Shown: positions 12,386 to 24,543 of the stretch, piece by piece
Layout of the letters: every line of letters begins with the position of its first letter
Position numbering within the stretch: the first letter of the stretch is position 1
NCBI RefSeq assembly: GCF_006345805.1
Contig: NC_043017.1
Coordinates: forward strand, 30,690,001 to 30,754,000
Direction: 5' to 3'
Length of the DNA: 64,000 nucleotides
Origin: Octopus sinensis
Lineage: Eukaryota
Made by a program: the position numbers and the translations under genes
Notes under the pieces: model-generated
What the model was told of the DNA's origin: nothing
The model's database searches: none
The model's input: only the letters and a program-made list of their open reading frames with translations

Positions 12386-12814
12386 GGATTTTTTCTGTTT
12401 CAACGGCAGTTTTTCTAGCGGTGTCATATGAAATTCTCACCCGTAATTATGACCCTAGTATCGATCTATTGCATTTCAATCTGTTTTAGGGTTAGGGTTA
12501 GATAGGGTTAGGGTTAGGGGTGGTAGGAAGGGTATCTTTTTTTCTTTACAAATGTAAATAAATCCAATCTGTTTCTTCAACGAGGGACATATTCATACGG
12601 CACAGAATTCTTTTTACAGAATGGACGTCATTGATTGGTTGAAATGGCAGAAATTGAAGAAAAAAACAACAAATATCTTACAAACTATAGAATTTTCTAA
12701 ATAAAGGCAAGAGAAAAAGATGTTTTATAAACCCATTCTACCAGTATACGAAGTTTAAAAATTTTTAGTTACCTAGAAATTATGTTAAAAACTGCCGTTC
12801 AAACCGAAAAATCC
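12386..12814 (+). mobile_element. MITE with ~27-bp TIRs and internal (TTAGGG)n; possibly Merlin superfamily
   Basis: TIRs GGATTTTTTCTGTTTCAACGGCAGTTTT / AAAACTGCCGTTCAAACCGAAAAATCC; second copy at 62012-62424. Confidence 0.75.
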
Positions 12815-12959
12815 TCCCTCTATATCTACGTATTGGGCCAGCCTACTTCATCGTCTGGGGGCGTCAACACAACAGGTTTGCTTTGGCACACAAAGTCTCT
12901 TGCGTACACAGAGGAAAATCAGGCATTTGAACATAAATAAGAAAAGAAACACATTTCAG

Positions 12960-13700
12960 TTTTCCCCTATGTTCCGATCGCTGAAGCTCATGAAGTACAA
13001 CTCATCTGCCTTAACATTAGGCTAATTTACACTGCTTCAAAAACTGCAAGCAAGGACTCGTTTCCCGAGAAGTACAAATCACAAAACAAGGCATTGATTA
13101 CATATCCACTTTTTGTGGTTATGTTTTCGAGAAGCCAAAACGTTTCATCTTAATTGATCGAAAAACTTTGTTTAGCGACCGCTGAAGTTGAACAACATGC
13201 CCTTTTGGTTGTTGAAAACGCCTGATCCTACAGTTTGAAAGGCATCCAATTGGTATCGCCAAACGCAGCTATAAAGTGCTTGATTTTACCACTGAACAAT
13301 TCTTCAAAGATTCATCCGCTCGATCAGAGAATTATCGAAACAACGAAAAAATATTATCAACATAATATGTTCCACGCCATCGTCGACGAAGACAGTATAG
13401 GCAAAGAAAGGTGGACTTTGCCTTTCATCCTTTCGGTGTCGATTAAATAAGTACCAGTTACGCACTGGGGTCGATGTAATCAACTTAATCCGTTTGTCTG
13501 TCCTTTTTTGTCCTCTCTGTGTTTAGCCCCTTGTGGGTAGTAAAGAAATAAGTATAGGCAAAGAATTACATCAAGCCATCCAGTTATTTACAGTCAAAGA
13601 CGCATTGTTCATGACCACCGATTCTTGGTATCGCATCAAACAGTCACCAGCTACGGGGTATTGGTACAATGCCTTGTGTGTTGATATGGGGATAGAGACA
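12960..13700 (+). pseudogene. pogo/Tigger-type DDE transposase relic, split by a SINE
   Basis: ILPLNNSSKIHPLDQRIIETTKKYY resembles the pogo FLPPNTTSxxQPLDQGII motif; continues as TVKDALFMTTDSW after the SINE. Confidence 0.7.
13409..13550 (+). mobile_element. SINE family B, 5'-truncated, 15-bp TSD
   Basis: AGTATAGGCAAAGAA at 13394-13408 and 13551-13565. Confidence 0.85.
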
Positions 13701-13841
13701 ATCAGTGATGCAATGGTGATCAGATTATGAACAGAGTCGATGGAAGAAGAAGAAGAGCAGGGAAATACAGACAAATATCTCCTGTTGTTCCCATTAACGA
13801 ACCCGTCTATGATTCGAAGCATTTCATGGACTGGTATGAAG

Positions 13842-14070
13842 GGCCAGCTGGCAGAATCGTTAGCACGCCGGGCGAAATGCGTAGCCGTATTTTGTCTGCC
13901 GTTATATTCTGAGTTCAAATTCCGCCGAGGTTGACTTTGCCTTTCCTCCTTTCGGGGTCGATAAATTAAGTACCAATTACGCACTGGGGGTCGATGTAAT
14001 CGACTTAATCCGTTTGTCTGTCCTTGTTTGTCCCCTCTTTTTTTAGTCCCTTGTGGGTAGTAAAGAAATA
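13842..14070 (+). mobile_element. SINE family B with TSD
   Basis: tRNA-like head with B box AGTTCAAATTC; GGTATGAAG duplicated at 13833-13841 and 14071-14079. Confidence 0.85.
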
Positions 14071-14229
14071 GGTATGAAGTACAAATGAAGTCGACACCAT
14101 TAAGTCGATAGCTCTTTGTCACGTGTTATCGCTGGTAATAACGTGGAAACACAAGCACCACAAGCAACACCGGCTGAAGATCGTTTTCATACAATAATAA
14201 TAAATTAATGACCCAATGTTTTTATACAT

Positions 14230-14460
14230 GTTTCTTTATTATCCACAAGGGGCTAAATACAGAGGGGACAAACAAGGACAGACATAGGTATTAAGTCGAT
14301 TACATCGACCCCAGTGCGTAACTGGTACTTCTTTAATCGACCCCGAAAGGATGAAGGGCAAAGTCGACCTCGGCGGATTTTGATCTCACAACGTAACGCA
14401 GACGAAATACCGCTAAGCATTTCGCCCGGCGTGCTTACGTTTCTGCCAGCTCGCCGCCTT
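14230..14460 (-). mobile_element. SINE family B with TSD
   Basis: Reverse homolog; TTTTATACAT at 14220-14229 and 14464-14473. Confidence 0.85.
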
Positions 14461-14916
14461 GGGTTTTATACATTTGAATTCAGTGTCATTCTGTTACCTA
14501 ATTGTGTATTTATATAAACGTATTTCCAGTACTTACACAAAGCTTCCTTGCATTTTCAGCTCCATACTATCGTTATTTAAATCGCTTGGAACATAGATTT
14601 GCAAGTAATAAATGAAACCTACCACAATATCCCATTAGTTGTACATATTTAATCGACTGAATGAAATAAAACACATGCTTTCTGTCTGTAATTACGTTCG
14701 GTATGTTGTCCTTGCTCATTTATCCAAACAAAATACTCTGCGCTTATGTGGTCTGGATAATTGAGTTCTACGAATGCAACTCAGCCGCAGAGCCTATAGA
14801 AATGTTCACACTTACACATCCATAAAAGGATTTCTATCTTGTTCATCTCAGCCACGTGTGTATAGCAAAAATAATCAAACACTGAATATATTCCGGTCAA
14901 AAATTTATCAACAGAG

Positions 14917-15665
14917 AGGCGGCTAGCTGCCAGATTCGCTAGCATGCAGGGCGAAATGCTTAGCGGTATTTCGTCTGCCGTTACGTTCTGAGTTCAAATT
15001 CCGCCGAAGTCGACTTTGCCTTTCGTCATTTAGGGGTCGATTAAATAAGTACCAGTTACGCACTGGCATCGATATAATCGACTTAATCCGTTTGTCTGTG
15101 CTTGTTTGTCCCCTCTGTGTTTAGCCCCTTGTGGGTAGTAAAGAAATAGGTATTTCCTTTGCCGCTACGTTCTGAGTTCAAATTCCGCCGAGGGTGACTT
15201 TACCTTTCACCCTTTCGGAGGCGATAAAGTAAGTACCAGTTACGCACTGGGGTCGATGTAATCAACTTAATCATTTTGTTTGTCCTTGTTTGTGTCCTCT
15301 GTGTTTAGCGCCTTGTGGGTAGTAAAGAAATAAATATTTCGTCTGCTGCTACGTTCTGAGTTCAAATTCACCCGACCTTGACTTTGCCTTGCATCCTTTC
15401 CGGGTCGATTAAATAAGTACAAGTTACGCACTGGGCTCGATATAATAGATTTATCCGTTTGTCTGTCCTTGTTTGTCCCCTTTGTGTTTAGCCCCTTGTG
15501 GGTAGTAAAGAAATAGGTATTTCATCTGTCTTTTCATTCTGAGTTCAAACTCCGCCGACATCCACTTTGCATTTCATCCTTTCGGGGTCGATAAATTAAG
15601 TACCAGTTTCGTACTGAGGTCAATGTAATCGATACCCCCAAAATGTGCTTAGAGTAGAAAAGAAA
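14917..15665 (+). repeat. Head-to-tail array of four SINE-B units (~184-bp period)
   Basis: Units end in GAAATA at 15148, 15332 and 15515; each next unit restarts at the internal GGTATTTC position. Confidence 0.85.
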
Positions 15666-16054
15666 AGAATATTTATCAATTGAATATAAGGATATAATTT
15701 ATATAAGACTTGATCAAGTAGCCAGCGTGTAAAACCAATTAAGATTTAAAAATTAATGAAATATATATATAATTAAAAATATATATATTATTGTATTAAT
15801 GGCTTCTATTATAAGTAAAGCCACACACTTGAAAGGGACGCTAAAGTCAAACTAATTTATGAAAATATACACACGCGCTGAAGTCGAGGAAAGGAACAAA
15901 GAAAAAATTATTTTAAAACGTATCAGTTTCTTATCAAAATGGTTTGTGCATTCACTGGGAATACGATGTGGTCGTATGATATGTAAAAGTGTTCATATTT
16001 TTATATTTCTGGTTATGTTTGCATTGTTGAGTTGAGAGCGTATTACAGCGCTTA

Positions 16055-16855
16055 CCATGAAATCGTTTTGATATGCAACTGAACTTTTTTCAAATTTGTG
16101 CAAGAGGACAGGCTGTACTGCTTGACATTCGAGCGGGAAGGTCCAATACGATCATTTCAGAAAGTTTGGGTGTCAATCTGAAGACAGTGCAGAGGATTCG
16201 GAAATAGTTGGATGAGTCTAATTGGGATTACGAAGGTGCGGCAGCTCAGAGAACCCACTATGATAGTTCTGATAAGACAAGTACTCATGTATTTGTTGTT
16301 GAGATCCAGGCCATGATTGACAACGATTACTCCAAGACAATCGAGTCTGTCGCCAGAGAGATGAGAATGTCTGAGTTACTTATCAGGCAGGTAGTGGATG
16401 AAGACATTCAGTATTCATAATACAAGCTGAGAGAGGGCTAATTTTCATCCCAAGCTATCAAGGACAAGGGGAAAGACCCCGCTACTAAGATTATAAACAA
16501 ACTCATGCATCAGCTCCGACCGAACATTCTCTGGTTTTTTCTCAGATGAGAATAATTTGTGCCAGGAACAGATGGTGAACACACACAGCAAAAGTGTTTG
16601 CCGTGTCCGCAAAACATGTACGGCGAGCGATAAAAGTCAAACAGCCAGTCAACTTGATGCTTGGAGTGATCACTAGTGATGGCACCGTTATGCCTTCATT
16701 CATCTTCCCACAAGACGTCAGACTTGATACGGAGGACTGCATTAAGTGCCTGGAGGGTGTAATACTGCCCTGGGTGAAACAGGTGGCAGCTGGAAGACAC
16801 TATGTCTGTCACAAGACTCTGCATAATGCCACGTGACCGGGAGAACCCAGTCATT
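16055..16855 (+). pseudogene. Tc1/mariner transposase relic, probably maT/DD37D-like
   Basis: FSDE at ~16538-16550; VKQPVNLMLGVITSDGTVMPSFIFP...CLEGVILPWVKQVAAGRHYV followed by frameshifted QDSA. Confidence 0.7.
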
Positions 16856-17066
16856 CCCACTGCATGGTACCTTAGGTAAGTGTCTTTTAAAACATCTTGC
16901 CGACCAAAGCCTTGTGAGTGGATTTGGTAGACGGAAATTGAAAGAAGCCCGTCGTATATATGTATGTATATATATATAGATATATGTGTGTGTGTATGTT
17001 TGTGTGTTTGTGTTTTCCCCCCAACATCGCTTGACAATCAATAGTGGTGTGTTTACGTCCCCGTAA
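16856..17066 (+). mobile_element. SINE family A, partial
   Basis: Homology to the middle of 1046-1441. Confidence 0.75.
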
Positions 17067-17619
17067 AGAATGAAGAGAGAGTTCCTCACTGGGGCGCTCG
17101 AATCAAATTATAACACCAATCCCTGTCTGTAAAACAAAATATAAATAACTGTCAGAAGAGATAATATGGCCCACAGTATGCAAAGGGTATGAATGAGATT
17201 ATCATGACTGAAAAATTTGGTCAACGATCTATTTAAACAAGTTTGTCCGAGGGGAGAACCATCTATCAAAGATTCTGATTTAGGCACAATTATCTGTTAT
17301 TTCAGTTGATGTGGGCGTCGAGTTGGCAAAATGGTTACCGCGCCCGAAAAAGTGCTTACTATTATTTCTTCTGATTTTCCGCTCCAAGTCCAAATGCCAC
17401 TGGGGTAGACCTTGCTTTTAAATTCTTTCAGGGTCAGTGAAATAAATAATAGTTTGGCACTGAGGTTGATGTAATTGATTTCAACACTCCACCAGAATTA
17501 TTGGCATAGTACCAAAATTTGAACCCAATATTTCAGTGGGAAGGTGGGGGTAATCGATAACAACGATAGAAATATTTCAACCACCTTACGTGGAATAAAA
17601 ACAATTTTAACGCTGATGT

Positions 17620-17763
17620 TATTAGGTTGTCCCAAAAGTTCGTAAACACTTGCGAAAATTGAATTTTTACTCGCCAAGTACTAACAAAAACAACAAAAAT
17701 TATTCCCCAAAATAAAGACCATTATTTTCCAAGACTTTCTACGAACTTTTGGACAACTTTATA
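17620..17763. mobile_element. Mariner-type mini-MITE (~140 bp)
   Basis: TA-TTAGGTTGTCCCAAAAGTTCGT ... ACGAACTTTTGGACAACTTTA-TA. Confidence 0.7.
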
Positions 17764-18639
17764 TTTGAACTCAAAACATAGACACGTAACAAAGGCAGCT
17801 CTACGCGGTTCTCCATATTTGAGGCTTTCTTTCTCTGTGATTGAATTGAGAAGGACAAATTATATGAAGTAATGCAATCTTCACAAAATAAATTCTGAAA
17901 AGAGAAAAAAAATAAAGAATCTTAATATACACCGAGTAACTAATAATTACGGAAGGAATGACTTAGTGATTTGGAGGCAGTTTTGCCTAAGTGGATTTGA
18001 CTAACTCAGACGAAATATTGCAGAACTTATTCATAGACAAAAATATCTCGTTAGAATTTCTGAAAGATGTATTTGATTTAATATAAATTAGCATTGTCAG
18101 CTTCTAGAACACATCGTCTGTTAGCGTATTCTTTATTTAACTTAATATCTATATCAACATGTTTTTGATCTAATTATTTCGTCTCAGCTATTTATCTCAG
18201 TACATCTTCTATGTCTGAGTCTCATTAATTTCTCTCTAAATATCAAAATTCTGCATATTCTTTTAATACTTGTGTAAATTTTCCTTTACTCTGACCATTA
18301 TTTATTACGTGCACACACCAGAAGAATAATACTTCTTAAAGACAAGTACTTCTTTAACTTAATTGTAGAAACTCTAAAAACGATTTCATAATAAGACCAT
18401 CGCCCGCATTTATGCATGTATACACCATTTCACCGTTAGTGGTCGTAATATGTGGTATGGGTTATCAGAACTACGCAGAATAATAATATTGACTGAGTAT
18501 AAATAAATATATTTTACAAATATCGCGTTGAGTGTATGATCTGCAGCTAAATTCCCCCCTCGCAGGAGAAACAAATTTTTCGTGAGAAGAGCCTTTCGTC
18601 CGCAGAAAAAGAAGTATACACACACACACACGCACACAC

Positions 18640-18738
<99 letters not shown>

Positions 18739-18751
18739 TATATATATATAA

Positions 18752-19115
18752 TTGAGGGAATATTATTCCAAACTTACTGGGAAAAGTTCAATTTAGAAAT
18801 ACTAAATCAACTTCCACAAAATATAATATATATATAATTAGAAAAAAAAACACTTTTTATGCATTCAAAATGAAAAATTAAATTACACCATCTAAAATAT
18901 TAAATATAATAGAAATACTAAATATGACATGAAAAGAAATATACCGATGATTAACTAATGAGCAAAATAATAAATAAAAAGTATATATTTGGTAGAATAA
19001 CAATCATCGGTATATTATTTTTTATCTTATATTTTATATTTCTATTACATGTAATTTTCTAGATGGTGTAATTCAATTTTTCATTTTGAATTGATAAAAG
19101 GTGGTTTCTTCTAAT
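18752..19115. mobile_element. Fold-back element between (TA)n tracts (family P6)
   Basis: Arms ~18837-18952 and ~19002-19115 inverted; left extension 18752-18825; single-arm homologs at ~35235-35315 and ~61430-61520. Confidence 0.65.
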
Positions 19116-19132
19116 ATATATATATATATATT

Positions 19133-19533
19133 AGGAGTGGCTGTGTGGTAAGTAGCTTGTTTACAAACCATATGGTTCTGGTTTCAGTGGTGGCACCTTG
19201 GGCAAGTGTTTTCTACTATAGCCTCGGGCCGACCAAAGCCTTGTGAGTGGATTTGGTAGACGGAAACTGAAAGAAGCACGTCGTATATATGTATATATGT
19301 GTGCGTGTGTGTGTTTGTGTGTCTCTGTTTGTCCCCCTAGCATTGCTTGACAACCGATGCTGGTGTGTTTATGTCCCCGTTACGTTACTTAGCGGTTCGG
19401 CAAAAGAGACCGATAGAACAAGTACTGGGCTTACAAATAGAATAAGTCCCGGAGTCGAGTTGCTCGATTAAAAAGGCGGTGCACCAGCATGTCCGCAGTC
19501 AAATGACCGACACAAATAAAACAATAAAAAAAG

Positions 19534-19534
<1 letters not shown>
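19133..19534 (+). mobile_element. SINE family A
   Basis: Homolog of 1046-1441. Confidence 0.85.
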
Positions 19535-19576
<42 letters not shown>

Positions 19577-19589
19577 ATATATATATATG

Positions 19590-21070
19590 GGCGGTACTAT
19601 TGTGGTAACGTGATCGAAGTTTGAACCTACACGTGACAGTTTTCTATATGCACCAAAGAAGAACGAAGTGCTGTGATCCGATTTCTATGGTCGGAAGAGG
19701 CGTCAGGTGCTGAAATTTATCGGAGGCTTTTAGCACTATACGGGGATGCCCGTCAACCTCCTCCACCTTAAGCAAGATCGAGATGGTGATGAAGTACCTC
19801 GTTCCTCGCAGATAAGTCATGTTTTTTGCCTATGAAATCGTCGACGATGAGCTCGGCTTTTATGTAGTTCGTACAAGATGGGCACTCCTCACACAAACAC
19901 GTATGAGATGGCTTGGGCATGTTAGCCGTATGAAAGATGGCAGAATCCCCAAGGACATACTCTACGGAGAGCTTGCTAGGGGTACTAGGTCTGCGGTTAG
20001 ACCGCTCTTACGTTACAAGGTTGCTTGCAAAAGGGACATGAAGGCCTGCAACATCAATAATAGCAGTTGGGAGGCAGCTGCCGGCAACCGTGGAGACTGG
20101 CGACGTACCGTAAGAGAGGAAATACAAAGGAGTGACAGAGAGAGAGAGGAGAAATGGAAAGACAAGAAAAAACGTCAACAAGAAACTATGGCATTACAAC
20201 CAGCCAGGAACAGTCTTCGCTACATTTGCGGTACCTGCCAGAGGGAGTGTTTGTCCAGGATAGGACTACACAGCCACAGCAGGAAATGTATCAGGACAAG
20301 AAATGTAAGAGCCGGACTAGACTATTTTATGCGCAACTCCATTGACAAAAAGGATGCCAACCAACAAGATGGGCAGCAAGAGAGCTTACTGCAGAGTACA
20401 AACGTAAACATCTTGATGTATGCCAACGCTTACTCGATCACTACAACAATGAGAGCGAGGACTTTTGAGCAGAATAGTCAGAGGAGGTAAAACAAGGGTC
20501 CATCATTATGAGCCAGAAGCCAAAAGATAGAGCATGGCTAAGAACATCCTGCATCGCCAGGGACGAAGATAGTCACGACTCAGTCTTTCGCGCGATTGCT
20601 GATGCTAGCCCTTTTTGGGGGACACAAAAAGAACTATACTGGATAACTGACTTGAAGAGGGGTGTACAGTCAACAGTGCAAGATATAGTGTTTTGCTGGC
20701 CAACAAACTGAAGCCAGCAATTCGCACCAAATATTGAAGCCTATTCTTGAAAAAGATTTGTTGATGCATGACAATGCACGCCAACACACCTCTACCTAGC
20801 AGCGAAAACCGTTAACTAATTGGGTTTGAGATGATTGAACAACCTGTCTAGAGATCAGATCTTGCTCATTCCGTCTATCATATCTTTAGAACGCTCAAAG
20901 AGAGATTACGACGTCATCAATTTTCTATGTATTGAGATTTGAAGGAAGCGATGCATAAATGGTTGCATGGCAAACCGAAAACTTTCTCCCTGGAGGAAAA
21001 CGTCTGGATCACTGGAGTAAGTGCATCGAAGAGGAAGGAGACGATATAGAAAAATTACTTACTTATTTAT
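19590..21070 (+). pseudogene. Decayed mariner transposase interrupted by an RTE insertion
   Basis: EERSAVIRFLWSEEASGAEIYRRL N-terminus; RW(A)ARELT equivalent of WVPHEL; LLMHDNARQH; decayed SDLAHSVYH; C-terminal KCIEEEGDDIEK. Confidence 0.8.
19885..20363 (+). mobile_element. 5'-truncated RTE (BovB-like) LINE 3' end with 12-bp TSD
   Basis: RMRWLGHVSRMKDGRIPKDILYGEL...CGTCQRECLSRIGLHSHSRKC; CCAA-repeat end; ACAAGATGGGCA at 19873-19884 and 20364-20375. Confidence 0.9.
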
Positions 21071-21077
21071 CCCTTGT

Positions 21078-21700
21078 TTTATTTATTTTATTTATTTATA
21101 TTTTTTTAATCTAGTTTCAGCTCACGAGCTGTGGCCATGCTGGGACACCGCCATTTGGTGTTGCTACATGATTTTACTTCACGAATGATTTTTACCAACT
21201 GCAATTTGGTGCATGAGAGAGTTCGATGCAGCTGCCCTCATCTGCACCTCCTGCCGTGAAGTTGGTTCATCCGGGACACCTGGCAGGAAGAGATCCAGTC
21301 CTACTTTAAAGACATTGAAAAATCAAAAGGGCGTATAATTTTTGGTTGCCCGTCGTATGGGCTTGAAACTGTGCTTGAGTGCTATTTTGATTTTTTTATT
21401 CTTAGGAATCGGTTATTGGAAGCTTATTCTGTTCGAAAGACAGTTTCATTGTTTAAAATCCAAGCGGCTCTTTTTTCTAAGCGTTGGAGGGATTACATTT
21501 TTTGTTTGTCACAATATTCTTTCCATAGTATTGAGATCTTCTCTAGGTTGGGGCCTTGAGAGCCATTTTGTTATTTTGTTGGATGATCTTTTCATCAATA
21601 GATTTTACTTTGTCTTCATTCGTCTGAGCCCTCAAATTTAGAAGTTCTATTTATATCTTCATCTTTTTCCAGTGCCGTTCTTTCCCCAAGGCATCCTCCT
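21078..21700 (-). mobile_element. 3' end of an unidentified non-LTR element sharing its tail with SINE family A
   Basis: Minus strand ends GGCGGTGTCCCAGCATGGCCACAGCTCGTGAGCTGAAACTAG followed by A-rich/(TAAA)n. Confidence 0.55.
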
Positions 21701-22154
21701 CCTCCTCCCCCCTTTCCCCTCCTTTTCCTTATTCTTTTCCTTCCCCTCCTTCCTTACGTCCTCCTTCTTCAACTGTTGCGGCTTAAAACATCAAACTACA
21801 AAACCAAATATTTCTCTGCAACCATAAACACCATTTCTTCAGATCTGCTACTACCTACTGAGCCTTCACGAAGACAAAGAGAGAAAGAGAGAGCGGGAGA
21901 GAGAGAAAGAAATCATTTTTACCTATTTGAAGACTATGGAAATATTTACAAAACATTTCATTTAATCTTTTCTTTAATTTACTTCTCTTCTTAATTAGTA
22001 TCCACCTTTCATTTAACTCTTAGTTGAAAAAAAGTCGAAACGATTGAAACCGGTACTGTTACAAAATGTATTTCCTCGTAAAATTATTTTAGCATTTTTT
22101 TACTTTGTCTTATTTTCCTTATATAAATATATATATATATATATAATATATATA

Positions 22155-22187
<33 letters not shown>

Positions 22188-22232
<45 letters not shown>

Positions 22233-22376
22233 GATAGATAGATAGATAGATTGATAGATAGATAGATAGAGTGATTGATAGATAGATAGATAGATAGATA
22301 GATTGATTGATTGATAGATAGATAGATTGATTGATAGATAGATAGATAGATTGATAGATAGATAGATAGATTGATT

Positions 22377-22407
<31 letters not shown>

Positions 22408-22466
22408 TGATTGATAGATAGATAGATAGATGATTGATAGAAGATAGATAGATAGATAGATAGATT

Positions 22467-22497
<31 letters not shown>

Positions 22498-22554
22498 TGA
22501 TAGATAGATAGATAGATAGATTGATTGATAGATAGATAGATAGATAGATAGATT

Positions 22555-22585
<31 letters not shown>

Positions 22586-22603
22586 TGATAGATAGATAGA
22601 TAA
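22188..22603. repeat. (GATA)n/(GATT) microsatellite
   Basis: Direct inspection. Confidence 0.95.
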
Positions 22604-22728
22604 AATTAAATGTAAATGCATATAGATATATATATATATGTATGCATATGAATATGCACTTATATGTAGTTGTAGGCATATATACATGTAGATATACATG
22701 TATAGACACATATTTATGCGCATATACA

Positions 22729-23620
22729 TACGAGTTGGTATCAGAAAGTACATGGACTTGTTATGTTTAATTAAAAAAATTAAGTTATTTACCCAAGTTT
22801 TAACATTATTTCCTTGGAAATAGGCCCCTTGCCCAACATTACATTCATCTCAGCGTCCCTGACCCTTTTGGAATTCAGCCTGGAGCTCGTTTTCCGTAAG
22901 GAAGTCGAGGACCTTCTGTGATTCGCTCAGGCTCCCGACAACGGTGTGATATCAGCACCTTTGAGCTGCATATTAATCTTAGGGAAGAAATCGAAGTCAG
23001 TACGTGCTAAATCTGGCGAATAGCTACGGTGCTGAAATGATACCTTGTTGTTTTCGACGAGAAACTCTCGAGGTAAGAAAGCTTGGTAAAGAATTTAATG
23101 CCTCACTCTCCACAGATCCGGATTCTGTCACCGAATATCCTCCCCCAAGCGCTACAAAACGTCGCCGTTGAACGCCGGATTGATGGTCTGGCCATGGGAT
23201 CCGAATTCTCGATTCATAATTTCCAGGAGTGAGGCTAGTGGCAGGCTTTCCAATTCGTACATCCTGTGTCTAGAACTTTGCTCCGATTTTGATGCGCCCG
23301 TGCCACAAGAAATATTGTTGATGACCCGTTACTTCATTGCTGTAAGCTTGCCGAAGCAAGCTCAATGCTTCTGTAGCTAACATCAAAATTTAAAGCAAAT
23401 TTCACATTGGTACGCTGCTCTTGTCCGTGACAAAATGGCAGACTACAGCATACAGGTAATCAGAACAATACAAATTTCACAACTTGGGAAGTAAACACAA
23501 TTCACTCCATGCTCTACCTCATGAGGCTCGCGGCTATCTCTCTTTGCGCACACAACCGTGTGATACCCTCTACTGGCGCTCTACAGAACAAGGCGCGAAA
23601 CTTTTTGATAGCACCTCGTA
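22729..23620 (-). mobile_element. Decayed, internally deleted mariner element
   Basis: Ends TA-CGAGTTGGTATCAGAAAGT and ACTTTTTGATAGCACCTCG-TA are imperfect TIRs flanked by TA; minus-strand SPDLARTDFDFFPK relic at ~22980-23020. Confidence 0.7.
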
Positions 23621-24456
23621 CATGTAGATATACACATAGTAAATCATATGCAGCTAAATATCTATAGAAGCACATGCAGCTGCACATACACCCATGCAAA
23701 CAAATATGTACACCTATACATTTATATGCACATATATACACGCATGAACACGCAGCGGCATTCACATAGGTGCAAACACATCCAAGTACATATAGTCATC
23801 TTAATATACCAAACGTGTATACGGGATTATATAATAACATATGGATACAAACATATAATCTGTCCGTAAAGCTGGAAGTAAACACTTGTATCAGATTGAA
23901 TCTGCCAACTGGATTATAAAAGGAAATTTAATGAAACACGTATAATGATAAAAGGGAACCAAGATCTAAGGTAGATGCAATTAGGAGCTCATAGAGGTTT
24001 CAGAGTGCATAACTACAGAACCATGCGGTCATTAGAGGGTAGAACGTCAATAATATGTAAAACGTAGTTCAGATATTAAGTATTGGTGGTAGACATTTTT
24101 TAGAATATTTCCTATAATTATTTTACTTCCTCTCCGTATCCAATTCTCTTTTTTTTTTTTTTGGTAACATTAAGGATGTTCATTTCGCTGAACTTGGATC
24201 CAGTACCTTAATTGATATGAAACAACATATATTATTTTTAATGACCATAGCAAGCTAAATTTATCTAGCATCGACCTTCCATACGTTTAAAAATAATAAT
24301 ATATCGTATAATGCACAGCATGCATATTAGTTCAGATATCGAAATATGATCTATTCTACACTGAAATTATAATTACTTGAAGAAGGCTGCGAAACGGCCG
24401 TAATCATATACACGCCTCATACTTCCTGGATTGTTATCATATATATTATATATATA

Positions 24457-24540
<84 letters not shown>

Positions 24541-24543
<3 letters not shown>

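Noticed and set aside
12486-12520. TTAGGG repeats as a telomere or fusion site
   Set aside because: Short and internal to a multicopy TIR element.
14917-15665. Possible CRISPR-like array
   Set aside because: The units are contiguous SINE copies without unique spacers, in a eukaryotic context with no cas genes.
22100-22753. Long ORFs such as (YLSI)n, (IY)n, poly-I, poly-V, poly-T and poly-N across the window
   Set aside because: They are translations of microsatellites that lack stop codons, not genes.
24372-24404. ATTAC-TTGAAGA-AGGCTGC-GAAA-CGGCC-GTAAT HHR-like motif
   Set aside because: Stem I pairs, but stem II is 1 bp and the UH site is missing; possibly a decayed HHR but too damaged to call.
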